The position numbers were made by a program, and so were the translations under genes. Shown here piece after piece: positions 51,466 to 62,207 of a stretch of DNA of 64,000 bases. Position 1 is the first letter of the stretch, and the number at the start of each line of letters is the position of its first letter. Origin of the DNA: Acidobacteriota bacterium (GTDB taxonomy: Bacteria; Acidobacteriota; UBA890; WLXD01); NCBI GenBank assembly GCA_963666055.2, contig CAXWPH010000010.1, positions 1-64,000 on the forward strand. Direction: 5' to 3'. The notes below the pieces were generated by a model. It was not told the DNA's origin, made no database searches, and saw nothing but the letters and a program-made list of their open reading frames with translations.

Positions 51466-53553
51466 CTACTCCCTCTCCCCCGCCGTCTCCGTCATCTCCG
51501 CCCGCGCCCGCTGCATCTGCTTCGGCAGCGCGTCGTCTGTCATGTAGCGCTCGAACCACTTGCGCAGGTACATCTGCGTGCGCAGGAAGTTCGAGGGCTT
51601 CGACGAGGTGCCGTGCCACTCGTCGTTGAAGCGGATCATCGCGGTCGGCACGCGCATCACCTTGAGCGCCGCGTAGAACTCCTCGGTCTGGGCGATGGGG
51701 GTGCGCAGGTCGTTGACGCCGGTCATGAGCATGGTCGGCGTGGTGACGTTGCCGACGTACATGAGGGGTGAGCGGCGCAGGTGCTCGCTGGGGTCGTCCC
51801 AGGGGAGCTCGTCGAAGTTGCGGTACCAGGAGATGCCGTCGGTGGTGCCGACGAACGACAGCCAGTTGATCACCGGGCAGTTGGAGGAGGCGGCGGCGAA
51901 GCGGTCGGTGTGGCCGACGACCCAGGCGGTGAGCACGCCACCGCCGGAGCAGCCGTAGACATACATGTTGCGCTCGTCGATGTAGCCATCGGCAATGACG
52001 GTGTCGACGCCGGCCATGAGGTCGTCGAAGTCCTTGTCGGGATAGGCGCGGTTGATGGCGTTGCCGAAGTCGGTGCCGTAGCCGGACGAGCCGCGCGGGT
52101 TGGTGTAGACGACGACGTAGCCGTTGGCGGCGTGGTTCTGCCAGCCGAAGTTGAAGCCGACGTTGTACATGCCGTGCGGACCGCCATGGATGGCGAGCAC
52201 CAGCGGGTAGCTGCGCGACGGGTCGAAATCGGGCGGCTTGATGACCCAGCCCTGGATGTCGAGATCGCCGGTCGACTTGTAGTTGAACTCCTCGACCTCG
52301 CCCAGCTGCAGGCCGGCCAGCAGGTTCTCGTTAACGTTGGTGAGGCGACGCATAGTGCCGGGGCTGTCGACGTCGAAAGTGTAGATGTCGCCGGGCTCGT
52401 GGAAGCTACTCATGGTGGCCACGGCAATGCCGGTGTCGCTGATGTTCGACACCGACAGCATGTGGTTGCCATCTGTCACCTTGACCGGCGGCTCGGAGCC
52501 GTCGGCGGGAGCGAAGTAGACATTGCGGGTGCCGTGATCGTTGGCGGTGAAGTGGATGCCGCTGCTATCGGCACGCCAGCGCAGGTTGGATGGCGAGCGA
52601 TCGAGCTCCGGCGTGACGCTGTGCACCATCGTGCCGTCGGCGCGCATGACGTAGAGCTGGCGCTCTATGTAGGTCTGATCAACGTGGTCGTTGCCGATGA
52701 ACGCCACCATAGTTCCGTCGGGCGAGACCACCGGGCCGGAGTCGGGGCCCTTGCGGTCAGTCAGTTGGGTGGTCCTGCCGGTGGCCACGTCGAGGGCGTA
52801 GATCTCGCTCTCGCGCCAGTGGTACTCGGCGTCCTCGAGCAGCAGGCCAGAGAAGTACATCGTCGCACCGTCGGGCGCCCAGACGGGCGAGCCATGGTCG
52901 TAGTCGCCGTGGGTAAGCTGTCGCACCGGGCCGCCGTGGGCGGGCACTACGAAGATGTGCTCGTAGCCGGGGTCGATGAAGCCACGGCGATCGCGCTTGT
53001 AGTTGGCACGCTCGACAATGCGCGGCGTCTCGGTCCACTCGGCACTGTCGGGACGACCCGGCAGGCTGATGGCCCAGTCGCTGTCGGCGTCAACACGAGT
53101 GCGGAAGGCGATGCGCGTGCCATCCGGCGACCAGGAGATATCGCGCGGCGTGTCGCTCGCATGCGTAATCTGACTGGCGGCACCCTCGGCGTCCATCCAG
53201 CGCACCCAGATCTGGCTGCCGCGCGGCTCACCCTCGGCGAGGTAGACGATGCGGCTGCCGTCGGGCGACCAGTTCGCCGAGTCGCCCTCGACCAACTTAC
53301 GCTTACGGGAGCCGTCGGCGTTCATGATCCACAGCTCCGACTCGCGCGCGTCGTTGACCGCGTCCATCCAGCCGCGGGTATAGACGACGTGCTGGCCATC
53401 GGGCGAGATCTGCGGCCCGCCGACGGATTGCATCTGCAGGTAGGTCTCGAGCGTCAGCTTGCTGGGCAGCACCTCCTGCGCCTCGGCGGTCCCAACGAAG
53501 GCGGCGAGCGCTGCGACTGTGGTCAGCAACACGAATCCGGGTCGACGACGCAT
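51466..53553 (-). CDS. S9-family peptidase (acylaminoacyl/dipeptidyl aminopeptidase-like)
   Basis: Signal peptide, SPDG propeller repeats, IHGGPH, NPRGS, GCSGGG, DLRTP, EWHG. Confidence 0.93.
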   Translation of the reverse strand: MRRRPGFVLLTTVAALAAFVGTAEAQEVLPSKLTLETYLQMQSVGGPQISPDGQHVVYTRGWMDAVNDARESELWIMNADGSRKRKLVEGDSANWSPDGSRIVYLAEGEPRGSQIWVRWMDAEGAASQITHASDTPRDISWSPDGTRIAFRTRVDADSDWAISLPGRPDSAEWTETPRIVERANYKRDRRGFIDPGYEHIFVVPAHGGPVRQLTHGDYDHGSPVWAPDGATMYFSGLLLEDAEYHWRESEIYALDVATGRTTQLTDRKGPDSGPVVSPDGTMVAFIGNDHVDQTYIERQLYVMRADGTMVHSVTPELDRSPSNLRWRADSSGIHFTANDHGTRNVYFAPADGSEPPVKVTDGNHMLSVSNISDTGIAVATMSSFHEPGDIYTFDVDSPGTMRRLTNVNENLLAGLQLGEVEEFNYKSTGDLDIQGWVIKPPDFDPSRSYPLVLAIHGGPHGMYNVGFNFGWQNHAANGYVVVYTNPRGSSGYGTDFGNAINRAYPDKDFDDLMAGVDTVIADGYIDERNMYVYGCSGGGVLTAWVVGHTDRFAAASSNCPVINWLSFVGTTDGISWYRNFDELPWDDPSEHLRRSPLMYVGNVTTPTMLMTGVNDLRTPIAQTEEFYAALKVMRVPTAMIRFNDEWHGTSSKPSNFLRTQMYLRKWFERYMTDDALPKQMQRARAEMTETAGERE

Positions 53554-53858
53554 GATGCTCCTCACTACGGGGTACAGAGACGGGGAGAACGATCGTGCCG
53601 GCGGACGGCCTCAGCGCATCCTTTAGCACGTCTGTAGGGTCGTTTCCACCGAGCCGAGACGGCGTCCCGGGCCGCGCAGGCGGCCGTGACCCGGGCGAGC
53701 CACGCACATCATGGTGGACAGGCTCCTTCCAGGTCGCTCGCCGCCCGTGCCCTCACGACGGTGCCAACGTGGTCGACTTCTGGGACCGGCGCTTCGAGTT
53801 CCTCGCCGAATACCTCGATCTGAGCGTCGACGCCAGCGGCCGCGTCGCGGTTCCCTAG

Positions 53859-54254
53859 CTAGCGCGGGCGCACCGCACCGATGTCGGTATCGGCGAAGTC
53901 ATCGCCCTTGAACAGCAGTGGTTCGCCGAGAACATGGGCAAGTGCGTAGGAGAAACAGTCGCCGTAGTTCAAGCCCGCCGGGTGATGCCCCTTGCCGAAA
54001 CGCTTGTACGCTCGGCGCGCCACGGTCGCTTGCTCCAGGTCAACGGCCCGAAGCTCGATGCCGGCTTCATCGATGAAGGCATCCAACTCATAGAGACCGT
54101 CGCTGCCGTACCTAGACTCGAAGACGATCGACACCTCGACGAAGCTGGCAACAGACAGGTACTTCGACTCCGTTGCTTCGATGGCCTCCGTGAAGGCGAG
54201 CTGCTCCGGCTCTGCTTGCAGAATCGCAAGGAGCGCGGAACTATCGATCACCAT
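53859..54254 (-). CDS. vapC: VapC PIN-domain toxin
   Basis: MVIDSSALLAIL..GLNYGDCFSYALA..LLFKGDDF. Confidence 0.93.
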   Translation of the reverse strand: MVIDSSALLAILQAEPEQLAFTEAIEATESKYLSVASFVEVSIVFESRYGSDGLYELDAFIDEAGIELRAVDLEQATVARRAYKRFGKGHHPAGLNYGDCFSYALAHVLGEPLLFKGDDFADTDIGAVRPR

Positions 54255-54508
54255 CAGGTGGGTAGCCCGTGCTCGTCGTAACCCAAGATCTCGTCGGCGC
54301 TTCGAGGGTCGAGGACCGGCAGCGCGGCACAGCGACGAGCGATCTCATTGAGTCTGTCGGCGAGGCTCACGCCAGTCCGCTCGCGTCGTATCCGCTCGAT
54401 TCGACTGCGGATCGCTTGTGTTACAGCCTCGGTCTTCGTCTCACCGGTGAGCTTGGCGAGCTCGGCCGCCAGGCGCTCGGTTTCCGGGTTTCGGATGTTC
54501 AGGGCCAT
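54254..54508 (-). CDS. vapB: VapB antitoxin
   Basis: MALNIRNPETERLAAELAKLTGETKTEAV..ILGYDEHGLP. Confidence 0.9.
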   Translation of the reverse strand: MALNIRNPETERLAAELAKLTGETKTEAVTQAIRSRIERIRRERTGVSLADRLNEIARRCAALPVLDPRSADEILGYDEHGLPT

Positions 54509-54723
54509 GGAATTCCCTACGTGTAGTAGATGAGCTACACAGTAACATCCGCCGGGCTCAATCATCAAACTCGTTGGACGGCCGCGTCGCATTCGAATCG
54601 GCTCTGCGGCACGCAGCGGCGGTTTAGTTGGGCCAGACCGGTTGACATGATCCTCCCACCCCGCACCATAGCCAGGTGCGCGAGCCTTCAAGTTCCAATC
54701 GCCGTCCTACGCGGGAGTCCCCA

Positions 54724-55857
54724 ATGCGTGTTTCCAGAGCCCCATTGCTCAGCGCGGCCGTCGCATCGCTGGTGGCCATCCTGACTCTGTTCAGCATCTC
54801 GCTCACTACCTCGGCTCTGGCCCAGTCGGAGACCAAGCGCTACCTCTACCTGAGCACGCCCGACGACGCGCAGCGGGTGGGGCGCGCCGATGGGGCGGGG
54901 ATTCTGATCTACGACATCGACAACGGGCACAAGCTGGTGCGGCGAATCGACATCCCGGTCTTCGAGGAAGGCCTGCGGGGTTTCGCTGCCAGCCTGATCA
55001 ACCATGCGGCGTACTACTCCACGACGCACCGGCGGGTCGGCGCCTTCGATCTGGAGAGCGAAGAGATCGTCTGGGAGCACACCTATCCGAACGGGGCCGA
55101 CCGCTCGTCGGTCACGATGGACGGCAGCAAGGTCTACGTGCCGACCGGGTGGTGGTACATCGGCCCCGACAGCGGGATGCTGGTGCTCGATGCGCGGGAC
55201 GGCAAGCTGCTGAACAAGATCGCCGACAGTCCTCGGGCACACAACAGCATTGTCAGCCTCGACGGACGGAGGCTCTATCTCGGTAGCGAGACCACGCTCA
55301 GCGTCTATGACACAGCCGACGACAAGAGGTTGATGCAGATCCAGGAAGTCGGCGAAGCCGCGATCTTCCCGTTCACGATCAACTCGGCGCAGACGATCGC
55401 CTACATCTGCCTGTTCGACCACATCGGGTTCGACGTGGTCGACCTCACCACCGGACAGGCGATCCACCGCGTGCTTGCCGACGACGGGAACATCCTTCAC
55501 CGCACCCACGGCGTGGCACTGACTCCCGATGAGACCGAGCTGTGGATCAGCGACCAGGTCGGCAACAAGCTCTTCTACTACGACGCCACCGTGATGCCTC
55601 CGGTCCAGAAAGGTCAGCTCGAGCTCACACAGGGCGGGCACGGCTGGGTCACCTTCAGCCTCGACGGCAAGTACGCCTGGACGCACACGCCGGACGTGTT
55701 CGACGTCGCCACCAAGCAGAAGATCGCGACGCTGCGCGACCAGAACGGCCGACCCGTCAGCGGCTCCAAGTACTTCGAGGTCCACTTCCGCGACGGCAAG
55801 GTGGTAACGGTGGGCAATGAGTTCGGGCTGGGCCGGAAGAACGTTCCTTCGGACTGA
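54724..55857 (+). CDS. Secreted YncE-like beta-propeller protein
   Basis: Signal peptide; repeats HNSIVSLDG, HGVALTPDETELW, WVTFSLDGKYAW. Confidence 0.75.
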   Translation: MRVSRAPLLSAAVASLVAILTLFSISLTTSALAQSETKRYLYLSTPDDAQRVGRADGAGILIYDIDNGHKLVRRIDIPVFEEGLRGFAASLINHAAYYSTTHRRVGAFDLESEEIVWEHTYPNGADRSSVTMDGSKVYVPTGWWYIGPDSGMLVLDARDGKLLNKIADSPRAHNSIVSLDGRRLYLGSETTLSVYDTADDKRLMQIQEVGEAAIFPFTINSAQTIAYICLFDHIGFDVVDLTTGQAIHRVLADDGNILHRTHGVALTPDETELWISDQVGNKLFYYDATVMPPVQKGQLELTQGGHGWVTFSLDGKYAWTHTPDVFDVATKQKIATLRDQNGRPVSGSKYFEVHFRDGKVVTVGNEFGLGRKNVPSD

Positions 55858-55880
55858 TCGGCTGTCGATCACTGCCCTAG

Positions 55881-56151
55881 CAGGCCGTGGTGAAAGTGTG
55901 GTGGGTCTGGTTACGGCGAGTTGGGGCCAGATGCAAGGCGGCCTGACACTGGCGATGCCCTAGCCATCGTCGAGGAAGGCCAACGCTGCAAATGGCCCCA
56001 AATCGCCGTAACCCTTCGGGCGACAGGGGGTTGCGCGCGTATGCTGCGTCGTTCCTCGTCAACGATGGGGTAACCATCGCCTCCTCCTCTCTCCTTGCCT
56101 CCACCTCGCAAGACCCTGTCGCCAGACCCGCCACACTTTCACCATGGCCTG
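55881..56151. mobile_element. MITE-like non-coding element with 30 bp terminal inverted repeats
   Basis: CAGGCCGTGGTGAAAGTGTGGTGGGTCTGG ... CCAGACCCGCCACACTTTCACCATGGCCTG; flanks CTAG / CTTG. Confidence 0.75.
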
Positions 56152-56289
56152 CTTGCCATGGTCGGGATCTTCGATCGACCAAGGCGACCCCTTGCACATT
56201 GAGCCTCTTGGCGGTATTCCGTCGTGCGACACCGTCGCCGAGCTCGGCACGTCGCCCACAACCGCGCGCTTCGAACCGCTGGAGTGTCC

Positions 56290-59200
56290 ATGCGTTTCTC
56301 GGGTATCCCCTCCCTCAGGATCTTCGTCTCGCTGATATCGGCCCTCGTGGCCATCGCCTCCATATCCACCGTGGGAGCTGCGCCCCAGGCCGCCACGGAT
56401 GCAAACGCCATCGTCGATCCGGCTCTCTACCAGTCGCTGCGCTTCCGCTTCCTCGGCCCCTATCGCGGCGGACGCTCCGGCGCCGTCATGGGCGTGCCCG
56501 GCGAGCCGCACACCTTCTACCTGGGCGCCTCGGGCGGCCTGTACAAGACCACCAACGCCGGCGAGACCTGGAACGTCATCTCCGACGATGACTTCGAGGT
56601 GAGCACCATCGGTGCCATCGCGGTGGCGCCTTCGGACGCCAACGTCGTCTACGTGGGAACGGGTCAGAAGACGATCCGCAGCAACGTGTCGATCGGCAAG
56701 GGCATGTACCGCTCCACCGATGCCGGGCGCAGCTGGACGCACATCGGGCTGCGCGACGCCGGGCAGATCGGGCGCATCCGAGTGCACCCCGACGATCCGG
56801 ACCTGGTGTACGTGGCGGTGATCGGCAACCCGTTCGGGCGCAGCGAGACCCGTGGGGTATTCCGCTCGCGCGACGGCGGTGAGAACTGGGAGAAGGTCCT
56901 CTACTTCGACGACGACACCGGTTCGAGCGAGCTGGAGCTCGACCTGTCGAACCCGCGCAACCTGTACGCCACCGCCTGGACCGTCGAGCGGAAGCCGTGG
57001 ACGATCATCTCGGGCGGCGACGACGACGGAATCTACAAAAGCACCGATGGCGGCGACACCTGGAAGCGGCTCGCCGGTGGGCTGCCCGAGACCACGATGG
57101 GGAAGATCGGGTTGACGCTGTCGGCGTCGAACCCCGACAAGCTCTATGCGCTGGTTGAGACCGACCCCGAGGTGTCCGGGCTCTACATCTCCGATGACGC
57201 CGGCGAGACCTGGCGACTGCAGGAGACCAACGTCGGCCGCAATCTGTACGAGCGCTCCTGGTACTACACCCACATCTTCGTCGACCCGCAGAACGAAAAC
57301 CTCGTCTACGCGCTAGCCGTGGGCTTGTTCAAGTCGACCGACGGTGGGCGCACGTGGGAGCGCCGCAGTGCCCCGCACGGGGACTATCACGATCTGTGGA
57401 TCAACCCGAACGACTCCGACATCCTGGCCATCGCTGACGACGGTGGGGTGCAGGTGACGCTCGATCAGATGAACACCTGGACCACCTATCTGAACCAACC
57501 GACGGCGGAGATCTACAACATCTTCGTCGACAACCTGTTCCCCTATCACGTGTACGGGTCCCAGCAGGACAATTCCACCATCCGGCTACCGAGCCAGTTC
57601 CAGGGCGCCCTAACGCCCTACGGATACTGGCGCAGCGTCGGCGGCTGCGAATCGGCGCACATCGGCTTCGACCCCGACAACCCGGTGGAGATCTACGCCG
57701 GCTGTTACTCGGGCGAGATCAGCCGGGTGAACCTGGAGACCGGCGACCGCCAGGCGATCATGGTGTACCCGCAGATGGAGTTCGGGTTGCCGGCCTCCGA
57801 CCTGAAGTTCCGCTTCAACTGGAACGCGCCCATCCGCATGTCGCCGTACGACCAGTCGATCGTCTACCACAGCGCCCAGCGCGTCGTGCGAACGCGTGAC
57901 GGCGGCCATAGCTGGGAGGTGATCAGCCCCGACCTGACGACGAACGACCCCGAGACGCAGATTCGTTCCGGTGCGCCGATCACGTATGAGGATACTGGCG
58001 GCGAGGTCTATAACACCATCTTCGCGTTCGAGGAGTCGCTGTACGAGAAGGACCTGTTGTGGGTGGGCACCGACGACGGCAAGGTGTGGGTGTCGCGCGA
58101 CGCGGGCGGCAACTGGAGCGACATCACGCCGCCGGGCATGCCGGCTCGCGGCACGGTGAACAACATCGAGATGTCGGCGCATGATCCGGGGCGCATCTTC
58201 GTACCGGTAAAAGCCTTCATGCTCGATGACTGGCAGCCTTATGTCTTCGCCACCAGCGACTACGGGGCCAGCTGGACGCGGCTCACCACCGGCGACAACG
58301 GCATCCCAGCAGATACACCGGTGCGCATCGTGCGCGAGGACCCCGAGGTTCGCGGGCTGCTGTACGCCGGCACCGAGTTCGGCCTCTACGTGTCGTTCGA
58401 CGACGGCGCCCACTGGCAGAAGATGCAACTGAACCTGCCGCCGATTCCGATCACCGACATGCGCGTGCACCGCAACGACCTGGTGATCTCCACCCAGGGC
58501 CGCGGCATCTACATCCTCGACGACATCACACCGCTGCACCAGGCGCGCGAGGCGCATGCGGCGCTAGGGTCGGTCACCGAAGGCGCCGCACCGGCCCACC
58601 TCTTCCCTCCCCGCGAAACGGTGCAAGCGTTCACCAGCGGCCGTTCGGGGCCGGAGGCGCGAAGCGGCGAGAATCCGCCGGTTGGGGTGCAGATCTTCTA
58701 CGCGCTGCAGGCAGACGCTGCTGCGGCGGCTGAGGACGACGACGACGCGGGCGAAGCAGATCAGGACGACGCGCTGACGCTCGAGATCTTCGGGCCAAAC
58801 GGCGATCTCGTGCACACCTTCCACAGCGACCGCGATCCCGAGTCCAACCCCCGGGACATCGACTTCGCGTCGCGCGGGCAGATCCGATTGACCACCGATG
58901 CGGGCATGAACCGCTTCCTGTGGAACACGCGCTACCCGCCCATTGACCGGCCCGACGGCATGGTGGTCTACGGTCTGACGCACGGCCCGCGCACCATCCC
59001 GGGCGAGCACCGTGTGCGGCTGTCGATCGGAGATTGGAGCCAGGAGGCAACGTTCCGCATGGTCTCCAACCCGCGCGTCGATACGCCGCAGGCACACCAT
59101 GAGGAACGGCTGGAGATGGAGCTGCGCATGCGCGACGACCTGCAGGCGGTCTTCGACGCGATTCGCACCCTGTCGTCGGTGCGCGGTCAGATTGGCGACC

Positions 59201-59565
59201 GAATCGACAGCATGCGCGCCGCTGAAATCGACCTTTCCGAGATCGAAACGGCGGCCAAGTCGATCACCGAGCGCCTCGGCGAACTCGAGCTGCTGCTGTG
59301 GAACCCGCAGGTCGAAGGCTACAACGACATCCACCACTTCACTGCCGGCTACGATACCAAGGTGGCGTACCTGTACGACAAGGTGGACGCATCGGATCAC
59401 CGCCCCACCACTGGGCAGCGCCTGCGCTACGAGGAGCTACACGCCGAGCTCGAGACGCTGTTCGCGCAGCTGGAGGAGCTCTATGCCTCAGACGTCGCGA
59501 CGCTCGGCCAGATGATGCGGGCCTCCGGCGCGATGCCGGTGCAGGTACCAAAACAGCAGCGCTGA
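56290..59565 (+). CDS. Secreted VPS10/BNR (Asp-box) repeat glycosyl hydrolase-like protein
   Basis: LRFRFLGPYRGGRS, many SxDGGxTW boxes, HGDYHDLWINP, GSQQDN, LYAGTEFG, TQGRG. Confidence 0.88.
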   Translation: MRFSGIPSLRIFVSLISALVAIASISTVGAAPQAATDANAIVDPALYQSLRFRFLGPYRGGRSGAVMGVPGEPHTFYLGASGGLYKTTNAGETWNVISDDDFEVSTIGAIAVAPSDANVVYVGTGQKTIRSNVSIGKGMYRSTDAGRSWTHIGLRDAGQIGRIRVHPDDPDLVYVAVIGNPFGRSETRGVFRSRDGGENWEKVLYFDDDTGSSELELDLSNPRNLYATAWTVERKPWTIISGGDDDGIYKSTDGGDTWKRLAGGLPETTMGKIGLTLSASNPDKLYALVETDPEVSGLYISDDAGETWRLQETNVGRNLYERSWYYTHIFVDPQNENLVYALAVGLFKSTDGGRTWERRSAPHGDYHDLWINPNDSDILAIADDGGVQVTLDQMNTWTTYLNQPTAEIYNIFVDNLFPYHVYGSQQDNSTIRLPSQFQGALTPYGYWRSVGGCESAHIGFDPDNPVEIYAGCYSGEISRVNLETGDRQAIMVYPQMEFGLPASDLKFRFNWNAPIRMSPYDQSIVYHSAQRVVRTRDGGHSWEVISPDLTTNDPETQIRSGAPITYEDTGGEVYNTIFAFEESLYEKDLLWVGTDDGKVWVSRDAGGNWSDITPPGMPARGTVNNIEMSAHDPGRIFVPVKAFMLDDWQPYVFATSDYGASWTRLTTGDNGIPADTPVRIVREDPEVRGLLYAGTEFGLYVSFDDGAHWQKMQLNLPPIPITDMRVHRNDLVISTQGRGIYILDDITPLHQAREAHAALGSVTEGAAPAHLFPPRETVQAFTSGRSGPEARSGENPPVGVQIFYALQADAAAAAEDDDDAGEADQDDALTLEIFGPNGDLVHTFHSDRDPESNPRDIDFASRGQIRLTTDAGMNRFLWNTRYPPIDRPDGMVVYGLTHGPRTIPGEHRVRLSIGDWSQEATFRMVSNPRVDTPQAHHEERLEMELRMRDDLQAVFDAIRTLSSVRGQIGDRIDSMRAAEIDLSEIETAAKSITERLGELELLLWNPQVEGYNDIHHFTAGYDTKVAYLYDKVDASDHRPTTGQRLRYEELHAELETLFAQLEELYASDVATLGQMMRASGAMPVQVPKQQR

Positions 59566-59731
59566 CGGCCGGGTCGCCCAACCGCATCACCGGAACGGCG
59601 CAACTACGGCCGAACCGCCCCGCTACATGTACATTCCGAGGACGTTGTTCACATCGGGGCTCAGCAAGCCCAGCATGCTATTTTAGACGCCGGAAAACCT
59701 CGCTGAACCGTGAGGGGGCAGTGCGCCAACC

Positions 59732-62188
59732 ATGAAGACAGTCGCCGCACCTGCTGCGGTCGTCGCCATCTGGCTCGCCGCTGGATGTCAGCCCGCCGGG
59801 ATTGGTGCGGCCCGCTGGCCGACAGCAAACGTGCTCTCGGCCGCGAACACGCTCGCCGTCACCCGCTGGGCCGCCACAACGCCCCCGACTCGCCCTTCGG
59901 AGCTGAACCCGGTCATCCGGCAGTATTGCGTCCGGTGCCACAACGACCAGATGCTGCGCGGCAATCTCTCGCTCGAGACGTTCGACACCGCTGCGGCGCA
60001 CGAGCACGCCGCGACGGCCGAGAAGATGATCGTCAAGCTTCGGGCCGGGATGATGCCCCCGCCCGGCGCCCGCCGGCCGGCCGCAAGTACACTCTTGACG
60101 CTCGTCGAGACGCTCGAGAACGTGGTCGACGAGGCCGCCGCGGTCAATCCGAATCCCGGCGCGCGCCGATTCCAGCGCCTCAATCGGGCCGAGTACGAGC
60201 GCGTGATTCGCGATCTTCTGGCGCTCGAGGTGGACGCTAGTCGGTGGCTTCCCGCCGATACCTACCTGGGCAACTTCGACAACATGTCGGACGCGCAGGG
60301 GCTTTCGACCACGCTGCTGGAAGCGTACCTGCGGGCCGCGACGGACGTCAGTCGCCTGGCCGTCGGCAACCCGGCGGCGCTGCCCAAGAGCGTCAAGTAC
60401 ACGAACCCGATCGAGGTCTCGCAACACGCCTGGGACCACATCGAGGGAGCCCCCTACGGGACGCGGGGCGGGATGGTCGTCACCCACGACTTCGCCGCCG
60501 ACGGGGAGTACGTCTTCTCGATCGAGACCCTGTTCGGCGACGGTGCCGGATTCGAGGATATCGATATCTCGATCGACGGCGAGGGCGTGGCTTCCCTCGG
60601 TCTGGCACACGGCGCCGCCTCGGGCCTCCCGATCCGGACGGGCCCGATCCTCGTTCGTGCTGGCCAGCGCCGGGTCTCGGCAGCGTTCGTCCGCAAGATC
60701 GAAGGTCCCTACGAGGATCGCCTGAGCCCACACGCGTGGTCCTTCGTCGGGGGCGAGGACTCTGTGGCCTGGGCCAACTACGGAATCACGGCGTTACCGC
60801 ACCTCAGCAATCTCATCATCACGGGACCTCAGCGATCCCGCGGTCTCTCGGCGACCACCAGTCGCGAGCGGATCTTCAGCTGCCGTCCGTCGTCCGCCGA
60901 ACAAGAGCGTCCGTGCGCCGAAGCGATCGTCTCGCGCCTCGCTCGGCAGGCGTACCGCCGGCCGGTAACGGAAGAGGACCTCGCCGGCCCTATGTCGTTC
61001 TATGATCGCGCCGCCGTGGAAGGGGGGTTCGAGGTCGGAGTCCGAACCGCGCTTCAGGCGGTCCTGGCGAGCCCGCTTTTCATCTTCCGCCTCGAGCGGG
61101 TACCTTCCGGCGTCCGGCCGGGGGCGAGCTATCGTTTGAACGACCTCGATCTCGCCACCCGCCTCTCGTTCTTCCTGTGGGCCACCAGCCCGGACAACGA
61201 GCTGCTCGCGCTGGCGGCGGACGGACGGCTTTCCGAGCCAGGCGTATTGGAACAGCAGGTCGAACGGATGTTGGTCGACCCGCGCTCGGAGGCGCTCGCG
61301 ACGCGCTTCGCGTCGCAGTGGCTACGTCTCCAGGACACCGAGGACAACCAGCCCGAGCCCTACCTGTATCCCGATTTTACCGGCCAGCTGCGCGACGACC
61401 TGGTGCGCGAGACACAGCTGCTCTTCGACTACCTCGTCCGCGACGACCGCAGTCTTCTCGAGCTGTTCACGGCGGACTACACATTGCTCAACGAGCGCCT
61501 GGCGCGTCACTACGGGATTCCCGGCGTGTCGGGCGACGAGTTCCGTCGTGTCACCTACCCTGACGACACGCGACGCGGCATCTTGGGCCACGGCAGCGTC
61601 CTGTTGCTGACCTCGATGTCGGCCCGCACGTCGCCGGTGCTCCGCGGCAAGTGGGTGATGGAGGTGCTCATGGGGACGCCGCCGCCCCCGCCGCCCCCCG
61701 ACATTCCGGCGTTCGAGGACACCAAGAGCGCCGCGCAGGGCCGGCAGCTGACTACACGCGAGCGGCTGGAGATCCACCGGGCCAACCCGACCTGCCACGC
61801 CTGCCACCGGTTCATGGACCCGATCGGCCTGGCGCTGGACAACTACGACGTGACGGGCCGATTGCGAATCCGCGAGAACGGCGCCCCGCTCGACACGCGG
61901 GGCACCTTTTATGACGGCACCGACGTGAGCACCCCGAGCGAGCTCGTGGACCTGCTCATGAAGCGTCCCATTCCACTGGTACGGAACTTCGCCACGAACC
62001 TACTCGCGTATGCCATGGGTCGACGCGTCGAGTATTACGATCAACCCCAGATCCGCGCCCTCGTGCGTGCAGCGGAGGCCAACGACTACCGGATGTCTTC
62101 GTTCATCCTGGGGGTCGTGAAGAGCGTTCCGTTCCGGATGATGCGATCTGCAACGGTGGTCGACCAACAGACCGAGCCAGGCAACTAG
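59732..62188 (+). CDS. DUF1592/DUF1588/DUF1595 multidomain c-type cytochrome
   Basis: CVRCH, RLNRAEY, LATRLSFFLW, TSPVLRGKWV, CHACH, DPIGLALDNYD. Confidence 0.9.
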   Translation: MKTVAAPAAVVAIWLAAGCQPAGIGAARWPTANVLSAANTLAVTRWAATTPPTRPSELNPVIRQYCVRCHNDQMLRGNLSLETFDTAAAHEHAATAEKMIVKLRAGMMPPPGARRPAASTLLTLVETLENVVDEAAAVNPNPGARRFQRLNRAEYERVIRDLLALEVDASRWLPADTYLGNFDNMSDAQGLSTTLLEAYLRAATDVSRLAVGNPAALPKSVKYTNPIEVSQHAWDHIEGAPYGTRGGMVVTHDFAADGEYVFSIETLFGDGAGFEDIDISIDGEGVASLGLAHGAASGLPIRTGPILVRAGQRRVSAAFVRKIEGPYEDRLSPHAWSFVGGEDSVAWANYGITALPHLSNLIITGPQRSRGLSATTSRERIFSCRPSSAEQERPCAEAIVSRLARQAYRRPVTEEDLAGPMSFYDRAAVEGGFEVGVRTALQAVLASPLFIFRLERVPSGVRPGASYRLNDLDLATRLSFFLWATSPDNELLALAADGRLSEPGVLEQQVERMLVDPRSEALATRFASQWLRLQDTEDNQPEPYLYPDFTGQLRDDLVRETQLLFDYLVRDDRSLLELFTADYTLLNERLARHYGIPGVSGDEFRRVTYPDDTRRGILGHGSVLLLTSMSARTSPVLRGKWVMEVLMGTPPPPPPPDIPAFEDTKSAAQGRQLTTRERLEIHRANPTCHACHRFMDPIGLALDNYDVTGRLRIRENGAPLDTRGTFYDGTDVSTPSELVDLLMKRPIPLVRNFATNLLAYAMGRRVEYYDQPQIRALVRAAEANDYRMSSFILGVVKSVPFRMMRSATVVDQQTEPGN

Positions 62189-62207
62189 AACCAGGACACT
62201 GAAAGCC

